Assembly: GCA_963703315.1 (NCBI GenBank)
Contig: OY969811.1
Coordinates: 1,856,001 to 1,920,000 of the forward strand
Direction of reading: 5' to 3'
Length of the DNA stretch: 64,000 nt
Source of the DNA: an uncultured cyanobacterium
GTDB taxonomy: Bacteria > Cyanobacteriota > Cyanobacteriia > Pseudanabaenales > Pseudanabaenaceae
Under the pieces are notes generated by a model, which ran no database searches, was not told the DNA's origin, and saw only the letters and a list, made by a program, of their open reading frames with translations. The position numbers and the translations under genes were made by a program. Positions 19,314 to 30,411 of this stretch are shown piece by piece; the stretch's first letter is position 1, and each line of letters starts with the position of its first letter.

Positions 19314-21284
19314 TTATGCACCTTCGCGCAATTTATCAAGAATCGAACGATCTTCTAAAGTAGAAGTGTCGCTGGTGATTTCTTGACCAGAGGCAAGCGA
19401 TCGCAATAGGCGGCGCATAATTTTACCTGATCGAGTTTTCGGTAAAGCTTCCGCAAAGCGAATTTCACTAGGACGGGCGATCGCGCCAATTTCGGCAACA
19501 ACGTGTTTTTTTAGTTCTTTCGATAGCTCTTCACTCGGTTGGCGATCGCCTTCGAGAATCACAAAGGCAAAGATATCTTCACCCTTGACTTCATCGGGCT
19601 TACCGACTACTGCCGCTTCCGCCACCGCAGGATGGGAAACTAGCGCTGATTCGATTTCCATTGTGCCTAAACGGTGTCCAGCCACGTTGATCACATCATC
19701 CACGCGACCCATGACCCAGTAATAGCCATCTTCATCTTTGCGAGCGCCATCTCCTGCAAAATAAACATATTTTCCATCTTTTGGTGGAATATGCTCCCAA
19801 TAGCTTTTACGAAATCTTTCGGGATCGCCGTAAACTGTTCGCATCATCCCTGGCCAAGGATGTCGTACTACTAAATAGCCTCCTGCGTTAGATTCAGCAG
19901 ATTCCCCATCTAGATCGACGATATCAGGAAGAATGCCAGGGAATGGCAGGGTCGCTGAACCTGGTTTAGTGGGAATTGCCCCTGGGAGAGCCGTAATCAT
20001 GATGCCGCCTGTTTCTGTTTGCCACCATGTATCGACAATTGGGCAACGGCTACCACCGATAACACGGTGATACCACATCCATGCTTCAGGATTAATCGGC
20101 TCACCAACAGTTCCCAATAGGCGGAGTGAAGTCAAATCACGAGTATTGGGATGATGTTCTCCCATTTTGATAAAGGAACGAATTGCGGTCGGTGCAGTAT
20201 AGAAAACTGTTACTTGATACTTCTCAATCACATCCCAGAAACAACCAAGATTAGAAGCTCTCGGCGCTCCTTCATACATTAATGTGGTTGCACCATTAGA
20301 AAGTGGACCATAAACAATGTAACTATGTCCCGTAATCCAGCCCACATCGGCGGTACACCAATAGACATCGGTATCCTTGAGATCAAAAATCCATTTAGTA
20401 GTGATATGGCTATAGAGGTTATAGCCTGCGGTGGTATGCACAACTCCCTTCGGTTTGCCTGTGCTACCTGAAGTATAGAGAACGAAGAGCATATCTTCGC
20501 TTTCCATTGGTTCGGCTTCGCATTTGGCAGAAACCCCTTGTTGCAAGTCATGCCACCAATGATCGCGACCTGCGCTCATCTGGATATTTTGACCTGTACG
20601 CATGACAACTAATACATCAGTAACGGTCGGTACGGCTCCATTGGCGATCGCCTTATCTACTTGTTCCTTTAGAGGCACAATCACATCTTTGCGCCAGCCT
20701 CCATCCGCAGTGATCACCAATTTGGCTTCGGCATCAACTAGGCGATCGCGCAAAGCTTCCGCACTAAATCCACCAAAAACTACACCATGCACCGCACCGA
20801 TTCTGGCACAGGCAAGCATCGCGATCGCCGCTTCAGGAATCATCGGCATATAAATCCCAACGCGATCGCCTTTGGTGACTCCTAGTTGTTTAAGCGCATT
20901 AGCAAATTGACAAACTTCACGATGGAGTTGAGCATAAGTTAGTGTGCGCGAGTCACCATTTTCACCTTCCCAAATCAGAGCCGCTTTATTTTTGCGCCAA
21001 GTAGTTAAGTGGCGATCGAGGCAGTTATAGGAAATATTAATTTTGCCACCATCAAACCATTTCACCGATGGTGGTTGCCAATCGAGAACGGTATGCCATT
21101 TCTCAAACCAATCTAGTTCTTTATCGGCAAGGTCTGCCCAAAATGCGGCAGGATCAGCGGCGGCGCGATCGTAGATTTGTTGATATTCTTCTAGACTCTT
21201 AATGTGAGCCGCTTGTGAGAACTCCGCCGATGGCTCAAACAAGCGCTTTTCATTTAAAACAGATTCAATCGTAGGTTGAGACAT
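19314..21284 (-). CDS. acs: Acetyl-CoA synthetase
   Basis: [31 protein letters not shown]. Confidence 0.98.
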   Translation of the reverse strand: MSQPTIESVLNEKRLFEPSAEFSQAAHIKSLEEYQQIYDRAAADPAAFWADLADKELDWFEKWHTVLDWQPPSVKWFDGGKINISYNCLDRHLTTWRKNKAALIWEGENGDSRTLTYAQLHREVCQFANALKQLGVTKGDRVGIYMPMIPEAAIAMLACARIGAVHGVVFGGFSAEALRDRLVDAEAKLVITADGGWRKDVIVPLKEQVDKAIANGAVPTVTDVLVVMRTGQNIQMSAGRDHWWHDLQQGVSAKCEAEPMESEDMLFVLYTSGSTGKPKGVVHTTAGYNLYSHITTKWIFDLKDTDVYWCTADVGWITGHSYIVYGPLSNGATTLMYEGAPRASNLGCFWDVIEKYQVTVFYTAPTAIRSFIKMGEHHPNTRDLTSLRLLGTVGEPINPEAWMWYHRVIGGSRCPIVDTWWQTETGGIMITALPGAIPTKPGSATLPFPGILPDIVDLDGESAESNAGGYLVVRHPWPGMMRTVYGDPERFRKSYWEHIPPKDGKYVYFAGDGARKDEDGYYWVMGRVDDVINVAGHRLGTMEIESALVSHPAVAEAAVVGKPDEVKGEDIFAFVILEGDRQPSEELSKELKKHVVAEIGAIARPSEIRFAEALPKTRSGKIMRRLLRSLASGQEITSDTSTLEDRSILDKLREGA

Positions 21285-21379
21285 AGGTTTTATAAAAATT
21301 ATAAAGATTGAGAATTATTAAATTGTGCTTGATTGTTAGGATTAGTCAGCGTTGCTATTTTACCGTTACTCATCTTACC

Positions 21380-21604
21380 TATAGCAAAGCAAAAGTTAGA
21401 TAATAAGTAGCTCAGCATAGTTAAAAACCAAAACCAGAGCTTGTACCGCCCGCTACGCAGGCGGCACAAGCTTCTTGGTTTTAAGTTTACTTATGCCTAG
21501 CTACTTATAAATCAAAACCCAAGAAGTGAGTTGTGGCGCTTCGCGCCACAACTCACTTCTTGGGTTTGATGGCGGCGCGAAGCGCCGTTATCAAACTTTT
21601 ATAG
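21380..21604. mobile_element. Composite MITE: 100-bp agtagct element (21406-21505) nested at TA within a tatagcaaagc element
   Basis: TA at 21404-5 and 21506-7; ~20-bp imperfect TIRs; excision restores the sequence seen at 206-245. Confidence 0.85.
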
Positions 21605-21684
21605 TGTCTTTAGAATGAGGGCGACTTTCGGTTAAACTGCTTGATTATTCGTAATGAGTTTTATAGTCAGACTCAGTGATTTCA

Positions 21685-24288
21685 ATGAGTTTAGGGATAC
21701 CATCATTGCAAAAATGGCTAAAACCAAAACGGATAGCCATTTTAGAAGCTTGTTTAATTGGTTTAGTAGCGGGCTTAGCTGGGGTCATTCTAAAATATGG
21801 CATTGGTTGGGTTGGTGGTTGGCGGATTCAAATCTCTAACGATTTGCCCGCTTGGTTTGCCTTACCTGTGATTGGTTTAACTGGCGGCTTTTTATCAGGT
21901 TTTCTCATTGAACAGTTTGCAACTGAAGCTTCAGGCAGTGGTATTCCCCAAGTCAAGGCAGCCCTGAGTTACGTTCCCATTGCTCTTAATTTACGGGTGG
22001 CGGTTGTCAAGCTGGCTAGCACGATCTTGGCACTTGGGTCTGGACTTGCCCTCGGTCGTCAGGGACCAACAGTCCAAATTGGGGCAGCGATCGCGGGACA
22101 AGTGAGCCAATGGATTCCGACTTCGCCCGAATATCAGCGTCAATTGATTGCCGCAGGAGCCGCCGCAGGACTTGCCGCAGGATTTAATGCCCCGATCGCA
22201 GGAGTGTTATTTGTCATCGAAGAACTACTGCATGATGTCTCTAGTTTGACTTTAGGAACTGCCATTATTGCTTCATTTATTGGTGGTGTGGTTTCTCTCA
22301 TTTTGGGAGGTCAAACCCTCCATTCAACTATTCCGACAATCCAATTTACAGCCCAAGAAATTCCTTTTTTACTATTGCTAGGTCTGCTCGTAGGTTATTT
22401 TGGAGCATTTTTTAATCATAGTGTTATCGCTGTCACCAAATGGAATCGAAACACCTTTAAAATCGGTCTAGCATGGCGAATTGCGATCGCAGGTTGTTTG
22501 TCGGGAATTGCGATCGCGATGTTACCCAGTGATTTTCGTGATAGCTCAGGTTTACAACTATTCTTGGCAATGGGACAGTCTGACTGGCAAATTACGGCAG
22601 GAACCTTTGCGGTACGATTTATCCTGACCTTAATTGCCTGTAGTGCCGAGACTTCGGGAGGATTATTTGTGCCTAGTCTAATCTTAGGAGCAGCACTCGG
22701 TTCACTAGTAGGCAATTTAGAACATTCGCTGCTAGGTGTAGGGACACTCGCAACCTATGCACTTTCGGGAATGGGAGCCTTTTTTGGAGCAGTTGCTAAA
22801 GTTCCGATTACGGCTTTTGTCATCGTTTTTGAAATTACGCGAGATTTTAATATCATTCTGCCCTTGATGATTACGAGTGTAGTCGCCTATCTCTACACCG
22901 AGAAATATGCTCCTGGATCTTTGTACACTCATTTATTGGAACTAAAGGGAATTCATTTACAAACAGAAGTAGTGACGGATGGATTATGGGATGGACTGCG
23001 CTCTGTGGATGTGATGCAGCGACAGGTAGAGACGCTTTCCAGCCAGATCACTGTCAATGAAGCGATGCAAACCTTTGTGAAATCTCATCATCGGGGGTTT
23101 CCAGTGGTAACCAATGATCGTTTAGTGGGAATTATCACGCAAACCGATATTGTCAAGGTCCAAGAGCGTAATCTGTCAGGAGACATCTCCATTGACCAAA
23201 TCATGACCCCGAAACCAATTACGGTCAGCCCTGAAGAGAGTCTTGCTCAAGTTCTCTATTTGCTCTCTTACTATAAACTCTCTCGCTTACCCGTAGTCGA
23301 TCGCCATAAACTTGTCGGCATTATCACTCGCAGTGATATTTTACGCGCTCAATCAAAAAGATTACGCCGAGTTAGTTCTCAAATCAGCAAACCTTCTTAT
23401 CTTGTTTATCAAAGTCGTGGTACTGCCACAGGTAAAGGAAGACTGCTCTTGCCTCTCAGCAATCCTGAAACCGCCCTTTACTTAACTGAGATGGCATTGG
23501 CGATCGCTGACAAACAAAACTATGAATTAGAATGTCTCCATATCATTACGATTCCTCAACACCTTACACCATCAGAAACATCTGTTGATTTAAATCAGAG
23601 CTTGCAACTCTTTGAGCAAGTTACAAATGCACTCAGAAATCGACAAGTTTCTGTGCATACACAGGTACGAGTAGCCCATGATGCAGGTCAAGCCATTTTA
23701 GAAGTATCTAATGATCGCCAGATTGATTTGCTATTAATCGGATGGCATGGTAAGTCAAAATCTCCTGAGCGCATATTTGGTGACACAGTGGATACAGTGG
23801 TAAAGCAAGTAAAATGTGCGGTAATGCTGGTCAAATTTAGCGATCGCTTACAAAAAGCTAATCCATTTAACCAAGAATTTAAAAAACCTCAGATTTCCTT
23901 TGATCGTTGGCTCATCCCTATTGCTGGGGGACCAAATACTGAAAATGCACTGCGATTTCTTCCTGCCTTGATGACTTTATCTCCCTATCCTGAAATCTAT
24001 CTCTGTCAGATTTTTTCTCCTAGTGATCAGAAATATAAAACTAACCAGTTAGATAAATATGCAGATTTTTTATATGAATCCCTCCGTTTTTCTGTTGGTA
24101 CAATTGCGATTTGTGCTAAATCAATTGCCGATGCGATCGTTGATTTAGCAAATCAGCAGCGCAGTGATGTGATTATGCTCGGAGCTAGCCATGAAGGGGT
24201 GTTTCAAAAGATTTTGCATGGCAATATTCCCGAAGCGATCGCCCGAAATAGTAATAGAACCATCATCATCTTTCGCAAAGCGCTATAA
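21685..24288 (+). CDS. ClC chloride channel family protein with CBS pair and USP domains
   Basis: GSGIP, GRQGP, GGLFVP ClC motifs; two CBS domains; two USP-like domains. Confidence 0.93.
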   Translation: MSLGIPSLQKWLKPKRIAILEACLIGLVAGLAGVILKYGIGWVGGWRIQISNDLPAWFALPVIGLTGGFLSGFLIEQFATEASGSGIPQVKAALSYVPIALNLRVAVVKLASTILALGSGLALGRQGPTVQIGAAIAGQVSQWIPTSPEYQRQLIAAGAAAGLAAGFNAPIAGVLFVIEELLHDVSSLTLGTAIIASFIGGVVSLILGGQTLHSTIPTIQFTAQEIPFLLLLGLLVGYFGAFFNHSVIAVTKWNRNTFKIGLAWRIAIAGCLSGIAIAMLPSDFRDSSGLQLFLAMGQSDWQITAGTFAVRFILTLIACSAETSGGLFVPSLILGAALGSLVGNLEHSLLGVGTLATYALSGMGAFFGAVAKVPITAFVIVFEITRDFNIILPLMITSVVAYLYTEKYAPGSLYTHLLELKGIHLQTEVVTDGLWDGLRSVDVMQRQVETLSSQITVNEAMQTFVKSHHRGFPVVTNDRLVGIITQTDIVKVQERNLSGDISIDQIMTPKPITVSPEESLAQVLYLLSYYKLSRLPVVDRHKLVGIITRSDILRAQSKRLRRVSSQISKPSYLVYQSRGTATGKGRLLLPLSNPETALYLTEMALAIADKQNYELECLHIITIPQHLTPSETSVDLNQSLQLFEQVTNALRNRQVSVHTQVRVAHDAGQAILEVSNDRQIDLLLIGWHGKSKSPERIFGDTVDTVVKQVKCAVMLVKFSDRLQKANPFNQEFKKPQISFDRWLIPIAGGPNTENALRFLPALMTLSPYPEIYLCQIFSPSDQKYKTNQLDKYADFLYESLRFSVGTIAICAKSIADAIVDLANQQRSDVIMLGASHEGVFQKILHGNIPEAIARNSNRTIIIFRKAL

Positions 24289-25398
24289 ATCCATCATTTT
24301 CAAATATTCTGCTACTGCATTCTCTACAGTGAAATCATAAGCACGCTGTATCAGCAACTTTCGGTCAATGGGATTACTAAGCGCCTTTTCCATTGCATCA
24401 GCTAACTCTTGGATATCACCAGTATTGACTAGCCACCCATATTTATTAGCCCCTAAAATCTCATTAGGTCCATGGGGACAATTTGTTGAAATCACTTGAC
24501 AACCACAAGCTAAAGCCTCAATTAAAACAGTTGGCAAGGCTTCAAAACGCGAAGAAAGAACCAAAGCTGAAGCCTTAGTCATATAAGCATAAGGATTATC
24601 AGTAAATCCCAATAAAGATACATCCGATTCTAATTGCAAATTAAAAACTTCAGATTCCAAGCGCTGACGTTCTGCTCCTTCACCTAAAATTATTAATCTA
24701 GCAATGTGCTTTTGGCGAAAAATAGCAAAGGCTTTAATCAGTGTTAAAAAATCTTTTTGAGGTGCTAGTCTACCAACTGCTAAAAAGACTGGGGGCTGAC
24801 CAGTTTGTAGCCAAGGATGCTCAATATTTGCTTGAGACTTAGCAACTATATTGTTATCAATAACGGGATTATAAAGCACCTTAACTGTTCCAGATCTCAT
24901 CTTTAAATGCTTCTCTAACTCTGTTGCTAATCCTTGAGAAACCCCTGCAACAACATCAGCTTTAGGATAAAAAAAACGCCTCAATAAATTTATCAAATTA
25001 ATCTTGTTTTCAATATTATCTTGAAAATCAACTTCTAATGAATTAAATGCAATATGTTCTACTAAAAGAATGCGTAAAGGAATAAAAGCTAAAAATTTAG
25101 CAATTATAGCAATAACATTAAACTGTACTAATTGAGAAATCAAAATAGATGGTTTTTCTTTTCGGAGATAACCTACTAGAGGAAATACACGTCTGAGCCT
25201 AGAATTAGCAGATAATTCAATAATTCTTACTTCGGGTGGGACTTCATTTAGAAAATGACCTTGTTTCTCAAAAACCACTAAGTCTATTGATATAGGATAT
25301 TTAACAAGTCCTTTAAGTAAATTGACAACTACTCTCTCCACCCCCCCGCTATCAACATTGTGTAGTAAAAAAGCAATTTTAGGGATTTTTTCAGTCAT
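24283..25398 (-). CDS. Glycosyltransferase family 4
   Basis: GGVERV, VGRLAPQKDF, SSRFEALPTVLIEALACG; start set at MTEK. Confidence 0.92.
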   Translation of the reverse strand: MTEKIPKIAFLLHNVDSGGVERVVVNLLKGLVKYPISIDLVVFEKQGHFLNEVPPEVRIIELSANSRLRRVFPLVGYLRKEKPSILISQLVQFNVIAIIAKFLAFIPLRILLVEHIAFNSLEVDFQDNIENKINLINLLRRFFYPKADVVAGVSQGLATELEKHLKMRSGTVKVLYNPVIDNNIVAKSQANIEHPWLQTGQPPVFLAVGRLAPQKDFLTLIKAFAIFRQKHIARLIILGEGAERQRLESEVFNLQLESDVSLLGFTDNPYAYMTKASALVLSSRFEALPTVLIEALACGCQVISTNCPHGPNEILGANKYGWLVNTGDIQELADAMEKALSNPIDRKLLIQRAYDFTVENAVAEYLKMMDL

Positions 25399-25579
25399 AA
25401 AATTTGTAACTATAAGTAGCAATACAAATCAATTTTGCATTAGTCTATTCTTCTTATATTATCTTGGAAAAGACTTGTTTCATATAGGCTTTTTCAAGCA
25501 AGTTAGGCAAACAAGATTTTTATCTACTGAGTGAATATACTTATGCTAATAAAATATAATTCTTGAAAATTACAGTAGC

Positions 25580-25694
25580 TATAGCAAAGCAAGTTTTGCT
25601 TAGGAAATAAAACCCAAGAAACGAATTGCGGCGCGAAGCGCCGCAACTCGTTTCTTGGGTTTTGGTTTGTACTAGCTAACTCTTTTTTTGCTAT
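25580..25694. mobile_element. Complete tatagcaaa...tttgctata MITE with GCGAAGC hairpin
   Basis: Terminal inverted repeats and central ~26-bp stem. Confidence 0.82.
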
Positions 25695-25708
25695 ATTACC
25701 TAAGATAT

Positions 25709-25920
25709 TTAGGATTTATAGTTCCGCCCGATCGCAATTTGATATGTCTTTAATGGCACACCAAATCGAGAGATATTCACTTTGCTGACAGGTATCACTT
25801 GATCAAAATGGGCGATCGCTACATTGGTGAGGGGATAACATTGATCAGAGATGAGGACTGCATTTTTGCCATTTTGTTTAGCGGCATTCTGCAAATTCCA
25901 AATCGTAAACTGATGGATTA
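25709..25920 (-). pseudogene. Orphan C-terminal fragment, possibly of an ArnT/GT39-type glycosyltransferase
   Basis: HQFTIW...GKNAVLISD...FDQV.P...V.I.R.G.PL..Y.I; no credible start or N-terminus. Confidence 0.4.
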
Positions 25921-25994
25921 ATAGGCATAGTTGTAGCACTTTCCTTAGTCAACAAAAGCATGGGCAATTCATAAATTACCCATGCTTTTGTTGG

Positions 25995-26831
25995 CTAAGT
26001 TTGGGAAGGAATAAATTGATAGCGCAAAAACAACTCGGACTCATGATGGTATAGCGATCGCAAGGTGAGCTTAGGTAAATCACCACCACCAAAACCATAT
26101 CCTGAGCCGCTAATAACCGTCATGTTATCCAAACCTCCAACGATATGCGGTGACAAAGTGAGAAATAATTCATCGGCAAATCCTTGAGAAATCAGCGAAT
26201 AGTTTAACGCGGGACCACCTTCAACTAGAAGCCGTTTAATTTTCAACTTCTCAAATAGAACTTGCAATACTTGTCTTAAATCAATTTGATGATCTTGAGT
26301 TGGGAATCGAAAAATCTGTGCTTTTTCTTCTAGCCATGCTGCAACAGGAGTATCTTCTCCAAGTAATACGACTCGAAAATCTTTGCCAGCATCCCAAAAC
26401 CGATGATCGCTAGGTAAGTCACCTGAATTGGTGATGACGATACCGAGGGGCTGGGATTGCGGAAAATTTTTGTGGCGCTCTTCTAATAATTCGGTTGGTA
26501 CGGTAGGAATAAAAGCATCTTGACGCAGCGTTGTTCCCCCTGCTAAAACGGCATCAAATTGCGATCGCAACCGCTTCATTAAAAGGCGATCGGGACGTGA
26601 TCCTAATCCTGTGAGTTTGCCCTTGTAGGTTGTGGCTTTACCGTCAACACTGGAAACCATATTGAAGGCAATATATGGACGCTTGGCAGGCTGATCGAGT
26701 TCATTAACAAACTCGACACCTTCAGTCGGAAATGCTAATTCTTCAAAGTTGTAAATGCGATCACTGCGATCATTATTACGATCATCAGCGCGATCGCGTG
26801 ACGAGTACAAACTGTTATACATAAACCCCAA
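25995..26831 (-). CDS. RibD C-terminal (pyrimidine reductase-like) domain protein
   Basis: RPYIAFNMVSSVDGK, DAVLAGGTTLR, LLVEGGP, DELFLT. Confidence 0.88.
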   Translation of the reverse strand: MGFMYNSLYSSRDRADDRNNDRSDRIYNFEELAFPTEGVEFVNELDQPAKRPYIAFNMVSSVDGKATTYKGKLTGLGSRPDRLLMKRLRSQFDAVLAGGTTLRQDAFIPTVPTELLEERHKNFPQSQPLGIVITNSGDLPSDHRFWDAGKDFRVVLLGEDTPVAAWLEEKAQIFRFPTQDHQIDLRQVLQVLFEKLKIKRLLVEGGPALNYSLISQGFADELFLTLSPHIVGGLDNMTVISGSGYGFGGGDLPKLTLRSLYHHESELFLRYQFIPSQT

Positions 26832-26883
26832 CTAGTAATTTAATATTTGGTAGCGTGGCTTTGCCGCGCTACCAAATATTTAG

Positions 26884-27441
26884 TTATTGTTTGACCAATT
26901 TCACAGGCTGACCATCAGCTTGCAATTCTTTGCCATCGGCGGACAATGTATAGGGTTGTTCGGGGGGAGCTTGAGGTGGTTTTTCACCGTTAACAGATTC
27001 AACTTGAGAGACCACCTTGCCATCTTTGATTGTAATCTTGCCAGTAGTCTTAATTTCTTGGACTTCATCCTTGGTGGAAACAGCTTTGAGCGTAGCTTCA
27101 AATGTACCTTCAGGTTTAATTGTCCATTTACCTGTCACAGATTTAACGCCTTCTTTCTCAGCGTCAGCTAAAACTTTAGGATCTAAAACAACTTTATATT
27201 CGCCTGCAACTTTATCAAGGCTAGCGGTACTACTGCCCTTAGTTGTAGCGGTTTCAGTAGGCTTGGCAGAAGGGGATGCAGATGTGGAAGGAGATGCAGA
27301 TGCGGTGGGTGCTGCGGTTGTTTTTGTAGCAGTCTCTGTTGGTGAAGGTGTTTGTTGACAAGCGGACACAACGGCAACGCAACTAACAGCGATCGCTGCT
27401 AGTAGACTTTGCTTTAAGGAATAGTTGAGAGATTTTTTCAC
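26884..27441 (-). CDS. Lipoprotein of unknown function
   Basis: Lipobox VSAC, S/T/P linker, beta-rich C-terminus. Confidence 0.8.
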   Translation of the reverse strand: MKKSLNYSLKQSLLAAIAVSCVAVVSACQQTPSPTETATKTTAAPTASASPSTSASPSAKPTETATTKGSSTASLDKVAGEYKVVLDPKVLADAEKEGVKSVTGKWTIKPEGTFEATLKAVSTKDEVQEIKTTGKITIKDGKVVSQVESVNGEKPPQAPPEQPYTLSADGKELQADGQPVKLVKQ

Positions 27442-27585
27442 GATTAATTTAGGGAGATAAGTGACAATAAGGAACAGATCAGAGGTTAAGCCTTGAGCGA
27501 CCTGAATATATGCAAGATACTCTCAAGATACTCTAGGTAATTATTCTTAATAAACCTCTTGCATCATAACCTATAGGTATTGTTA

Positions 27586-27640
27586 TAAAAACCAAACAGA
27601 GAGTTGCGGCGCGATGCGCCGCAACTCTCTGTTTGGTTTT
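27586..27640. repeat. REP-like hairpin
   Basis: aaaaccaaacagagagttgcggcgc-gat-gcgccgcaactctctgtttggtttt. Confidence 0.8.
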
Positions 27641-27724
27641 CATTCTACTTTCTCTATGCTAGAGGCTGCTAGCCGCTATATACTGTTCTTCTAGATAAAT
27701 AATTTTTGAATCTTATTTCAACCG

Positions 27725-28282
27725 ATGGTAACTATAAAATCTCAATCCAATGTTCTGCGATATGACATTGTCGGGTCACGGCGCTTTAGTAACTACGGCT
27801 TTGCGGTGATTGTTGCCATAGGTGCGTTGGGCTTTTTGCTAGCAGGTATCTCCAGCTTTTTGAAAGTTAACCTGCTGCCCTTTTCCGAACCCTTGCAACT
27901 AGATTTTGTGCCTCAAGGTTTAGCACTTTCCTTTTATGGAGTTGCTGGCACTCTGCTAGAACTGTATCTGCTTTATGTCATTGCGACCGATTATGGCAGT
28001 GGCTACAACGAGTTCGATCTCAATAATGGCAAAGTCACAATTTTTCGGCGTGGTCGTAGCCAAGATAAAAATATTGAATTTACTTACAAGATTGCTGATG
28101 TCCAAGCAGTGCGGGTAGAAATTCGTAATGGTCTAAGTCCCAAGCGATCGCTCTATTTGCGTGTTAAGGGTAGAGGCGATCTACCCCTATCTGAAGTTGG
28201 TCAACCAATCTCCTTAACTGCCCTCGAAGATCGGGCTGCGGAAATTGCGAAATTTTTAGCAGTACCATTAGAAGGATTATAA
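27725..28282 (+). CDS. ycf4: Photosystem I assembly protein Ycf4
   Basis: GSRRFSNY, FVPQG, GSGYNEF, AAEIAKFLAVPLEG. Confidence 0.96.
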   Translation: MVTIKSQSNVLRYDIVGSRRFSNYGFAVIVAIGALGFLLAGISSFLKVNLLPFSEPLQLDFVPQGLALSFYGVAGTLLELYLLYVIATDYGSGYNEFDLNNGKVTIFRRGRSQDKNIEFTYKIADVQAVRVEIRNGLSPKRSLYLRVKGRGDLPLSEVGQPISLTALEDRAAEIAKFLAVPLEGL

Positions 28283-28333
28283 GTATTCAAAGACAAAAAA
28301 GCCCTGAAGGGCTTTTTTGTCTTTGAATACTTA
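28280..28333. terminator. Perfect 25-bp hairpin after ycf4, includes its stop codon
   Basis: taagtattcaaagacaaaaaagccc-tgaa-gggcttttttgtctttgaatactta. Confidence 0.75.
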
Positions 28334-28364
28334 CTATTAGTATCGAAATTATTAAGGGTTAAAA

Positions 28365-29138
28365 ATGTTGCGTTGGATTTTTAGTTGTTTTTTGGCAGTT
28401 ACTATGCTGCTCACCAGTTGTAGCAATAGCAGTAATGTTTCTGCAAGTGCATCACCGACTGCATCTGGCTCTCCGACTAGCTCGGCATCACCCACAGCTA
28501 GCAGTAAGTCACCGAAGCCGAGTGCTGAAACTACTAAACCCGCTAGCCCCCAAGATCCTCTACAAGCGGCTCTAGCTAAGTTTGTGCAACTTAAAGGTAC
28601 TGCTACAGTTGAGTTAAAACTAAAATCGGGAACGGTGAAGATTGAGCTTGATGGCAATAATGCACCGCTTACCGCAGGTAATTTTGCCGACTTGGTCAAA
28701 CGTGGTGTTTACAACGGCTTAACTTTTCATCGTGTGGTAAAGGAGCCAACTCCCTTTGTCGCTCAAGGTGGCGATCCACTCGGTAATGGCACTGGTAACT
28801 TTGTCGATCCCGTAACATCACAACCCCGTTATATCCCTCTCGAAATTCTGCCCGAGGGCGAAAAGAAGCCTGTCTATGGCGAAATTTTACCGCCCACTCA
28901 AAAGCCAAAACTGCGTCACAATAAAGGTGCGATCGCGATGGCGCGATCGCAGTCTCCTAACTCCGCATCAAGCCAGTTTTATTTTGCTCTTGATGACATT
29001 TACTTTCTCGATGGTTCCTATGCTGTTTTTGGCTATGTGACTGAAGGGATGGAATTAGTTGAAAAAATTCAACCTAGCGATCGCATTGAGTCCATGACCA
29101 TCATCAAAGGTGAAGAAAATCTCAAGCAACCTAAATAA
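28365..29138 (+). CDS. Cyclophilin-type peptidyl-prolyl isomerase (lipoprotein)
   Basis: APLTAGNF, FHRVV, QGGDP, AMARS, SASSQFY, LDGSYAVFG. Confidence 0.95.
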   Translation: MLRWIFSCFLAVTMLLTSCSNSSNVSASASPTASGSPTSSASPTASSKSPKPSAETTKPASPQDPLQAALAKFVQLKGTATVELKLKSGTVKIELDGNNAPLTAGNFADLVKRGVYNGLTFHRVVKEPTPFVAQGGDPLGNGTGNFVDPVTSQPRYIPLEILPEGEKKPVYGEILPPTQKPKLRHNKGAIAMARSQSPNSASSQFYFALDDIYFLDGSYAVFGYVTEGMELVEKIQPSDRIESMTIIKGEENLKQPK

Positions 29139-29189
29139 ATCCAAAAAAGAATTGCGGCGCGAAGCGCCGCAATTCTTTTTTGGATTTAT
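29135..29189. repeat. Perfect 26-bp GCGAAGC hairpin spanning both stop codons of convergent genes
   Basis: ataaatccaaaaaagaattgcggcgc-gaa-gcgccgcaattcttttttggatttat. Confidence 0.85.
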
Positions 29190-29572
29190 CTGACGCGAAT
29201 AATCCTTTTTTCGACAATGTAGCGATCGCCTCTATAAACATTAAAAGGATCATAAACAGTTGATCGAATTGTGGAATAGGGATTTTGGCGAGGTGCTACC
29301 ACCCGATTCCAAGAATTACCATAGGAAGATGATGGATATACCTCACGTACGACAACTGAGGAATTGACATTACGGTTATAGCCGTAATTATTAGGATAGT
29401 TGGGATAAGCGTGACGATAGGGGTTAGAGCGATAGGAGTCGCGATAGGAATCATAATTTCTATAGGTTGGAGTCGAGCCAAATCGGATATTGATCGATAC
29501 ATCAGCCAGTGCCGATCCTACAAATGTACTCATTGCCCCAAGCGCGGCGATCGCTGCAATTATTGTTTTCAT
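29186..29572 (-). CDS. Secreted Tyr/Arg/Asn-rich hypothetical protein
   Basis: Signal peptide ending ALA; low-complexity mature part. Confidence 0.75.
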   Translation of the reverse strand: MKTIIAAIAALGAMSTFVGSALADVSINIRFGSTPTYRNYDSYRDSYRSNPYRHAYPNYPNNYGYNRNVNSSVVVREVYPSSSYGNSWNRVVAPRQNPYSTIRSTVYDPFNVYRGDRYIVEKRIIRVR

Positions 29573-29640
29573 AATAGGAATGCTCCTTGAGATTGATATT
29601 CACAACATGAAGCCGCCCACCTTTACTTTAACCTATCTCT

Positions 29641-29736
29641 TATAGCAAAGAAAGTTTTGCTTAGGACACAAAACTAGAAGGCGAGTGGCGGCGCTCCGCG
29701 CCGCCACTCGCTTCTTGGGTTTTAGTTGGTACTACC
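29641..29736. repeat. tatagcaaag-family MITE (degenerate right end)
   Basis: Leader nearly identical to 25580; gcgagtggcggcgc/gcgccgccactcgc stem. Confidence 0.75.
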
Positions 29737-29772
29737 AATAAAAAACCAAAACAGAGTATGCAGTAAAGCTAT

Positions 29773-30258
29773 TTATTGAGTGAACTTTTGTCTCAGGGCG
29801 ATCGCTACTTCGGGCGTAACCAGATGTCCAATTTCGCCACCAAAACGAGCGATTTCCCGCACCACGCTACTGCTTAAAAAACTATATTCATTGGAAGTAG
29901 ATAGAAAAACTGTCTCGATATCATTCGCTAAAGTTTTATTGGTATGTGCCATTTGCAATTCCAACTCAAAGTCAGAAACTGCCCGTAAACCTCTGATTAA
30001 AACCTGTGCTTGCTTGAGATGAGCATAGGTAACGGTTAGCCCTGTGAAAGTGTCCACATCGACATTATCTAGATGCTGTGTTGCTTCTCGAATCTGAAGC
30101 ATCCGTTCCTCCATCGTAAATAGAGGCGTTTTGTTCGGATTGCGTAAAACCGCGACAATTACCCGATCAAATAGATGACTACCGCGCTTAATAATATCGA
30201 GATGACCAAAGGTAATGGGATCGAAACTACCTGGATAAATGGCAATCAATGCAGTCAC
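29773..30258 (-). CDS. coaD: Phosphopantetheine adenylyltransferase
   Basis: [39 protein letters not shown]; start GTG 30258 or TTG 30249. Confidence 0.96.
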   Translation of the reverse strand: MTALIAIYPGSFDPITFGHLDIIKRGSHLFDRVIVAVLRNPNKTPLFTMEERMLQIREATQHLDNVDVDTFTGLTVTYAHLKQAQVLIRGLRAVSDFELELQMAHTNKTLANDIETVFLSTSNEYSFLSSSVVREIARFGGEIGHLVTPEVAIALRQKFTQ

Positions 30259-30304
30259 CGACTCGCTACAACAGAGAGCGATTATAACAGTGACAGCTTT
30301 AAAC

Positions 30305-30401
30305 ATAAACCACGCGGAGCGTGGTTTATACCAATGCGAGAAAAATCAAAAACCAAATAAATGGAGGCGGCGCTTTGCGCCGCCTCCATTTATTTGAGTT
30401 T
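30305..30401. repeat. Two REP-like hairpins
   Basis: ataaaccacgc-gga-gcgtggtttat and caaataaatggaggcggcgc-ttt-gcgccgcctccatttatttg. Confidence 0.75.
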
Positions 30402-30411
30402 AAAGACTATA

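Noticed and set aside
21685..24288. ClC-CBS-USP architecture and ycf4-cyclophilin adjacency as novelties
   Set aside because: Both are familiar cyanobacterial arrangements
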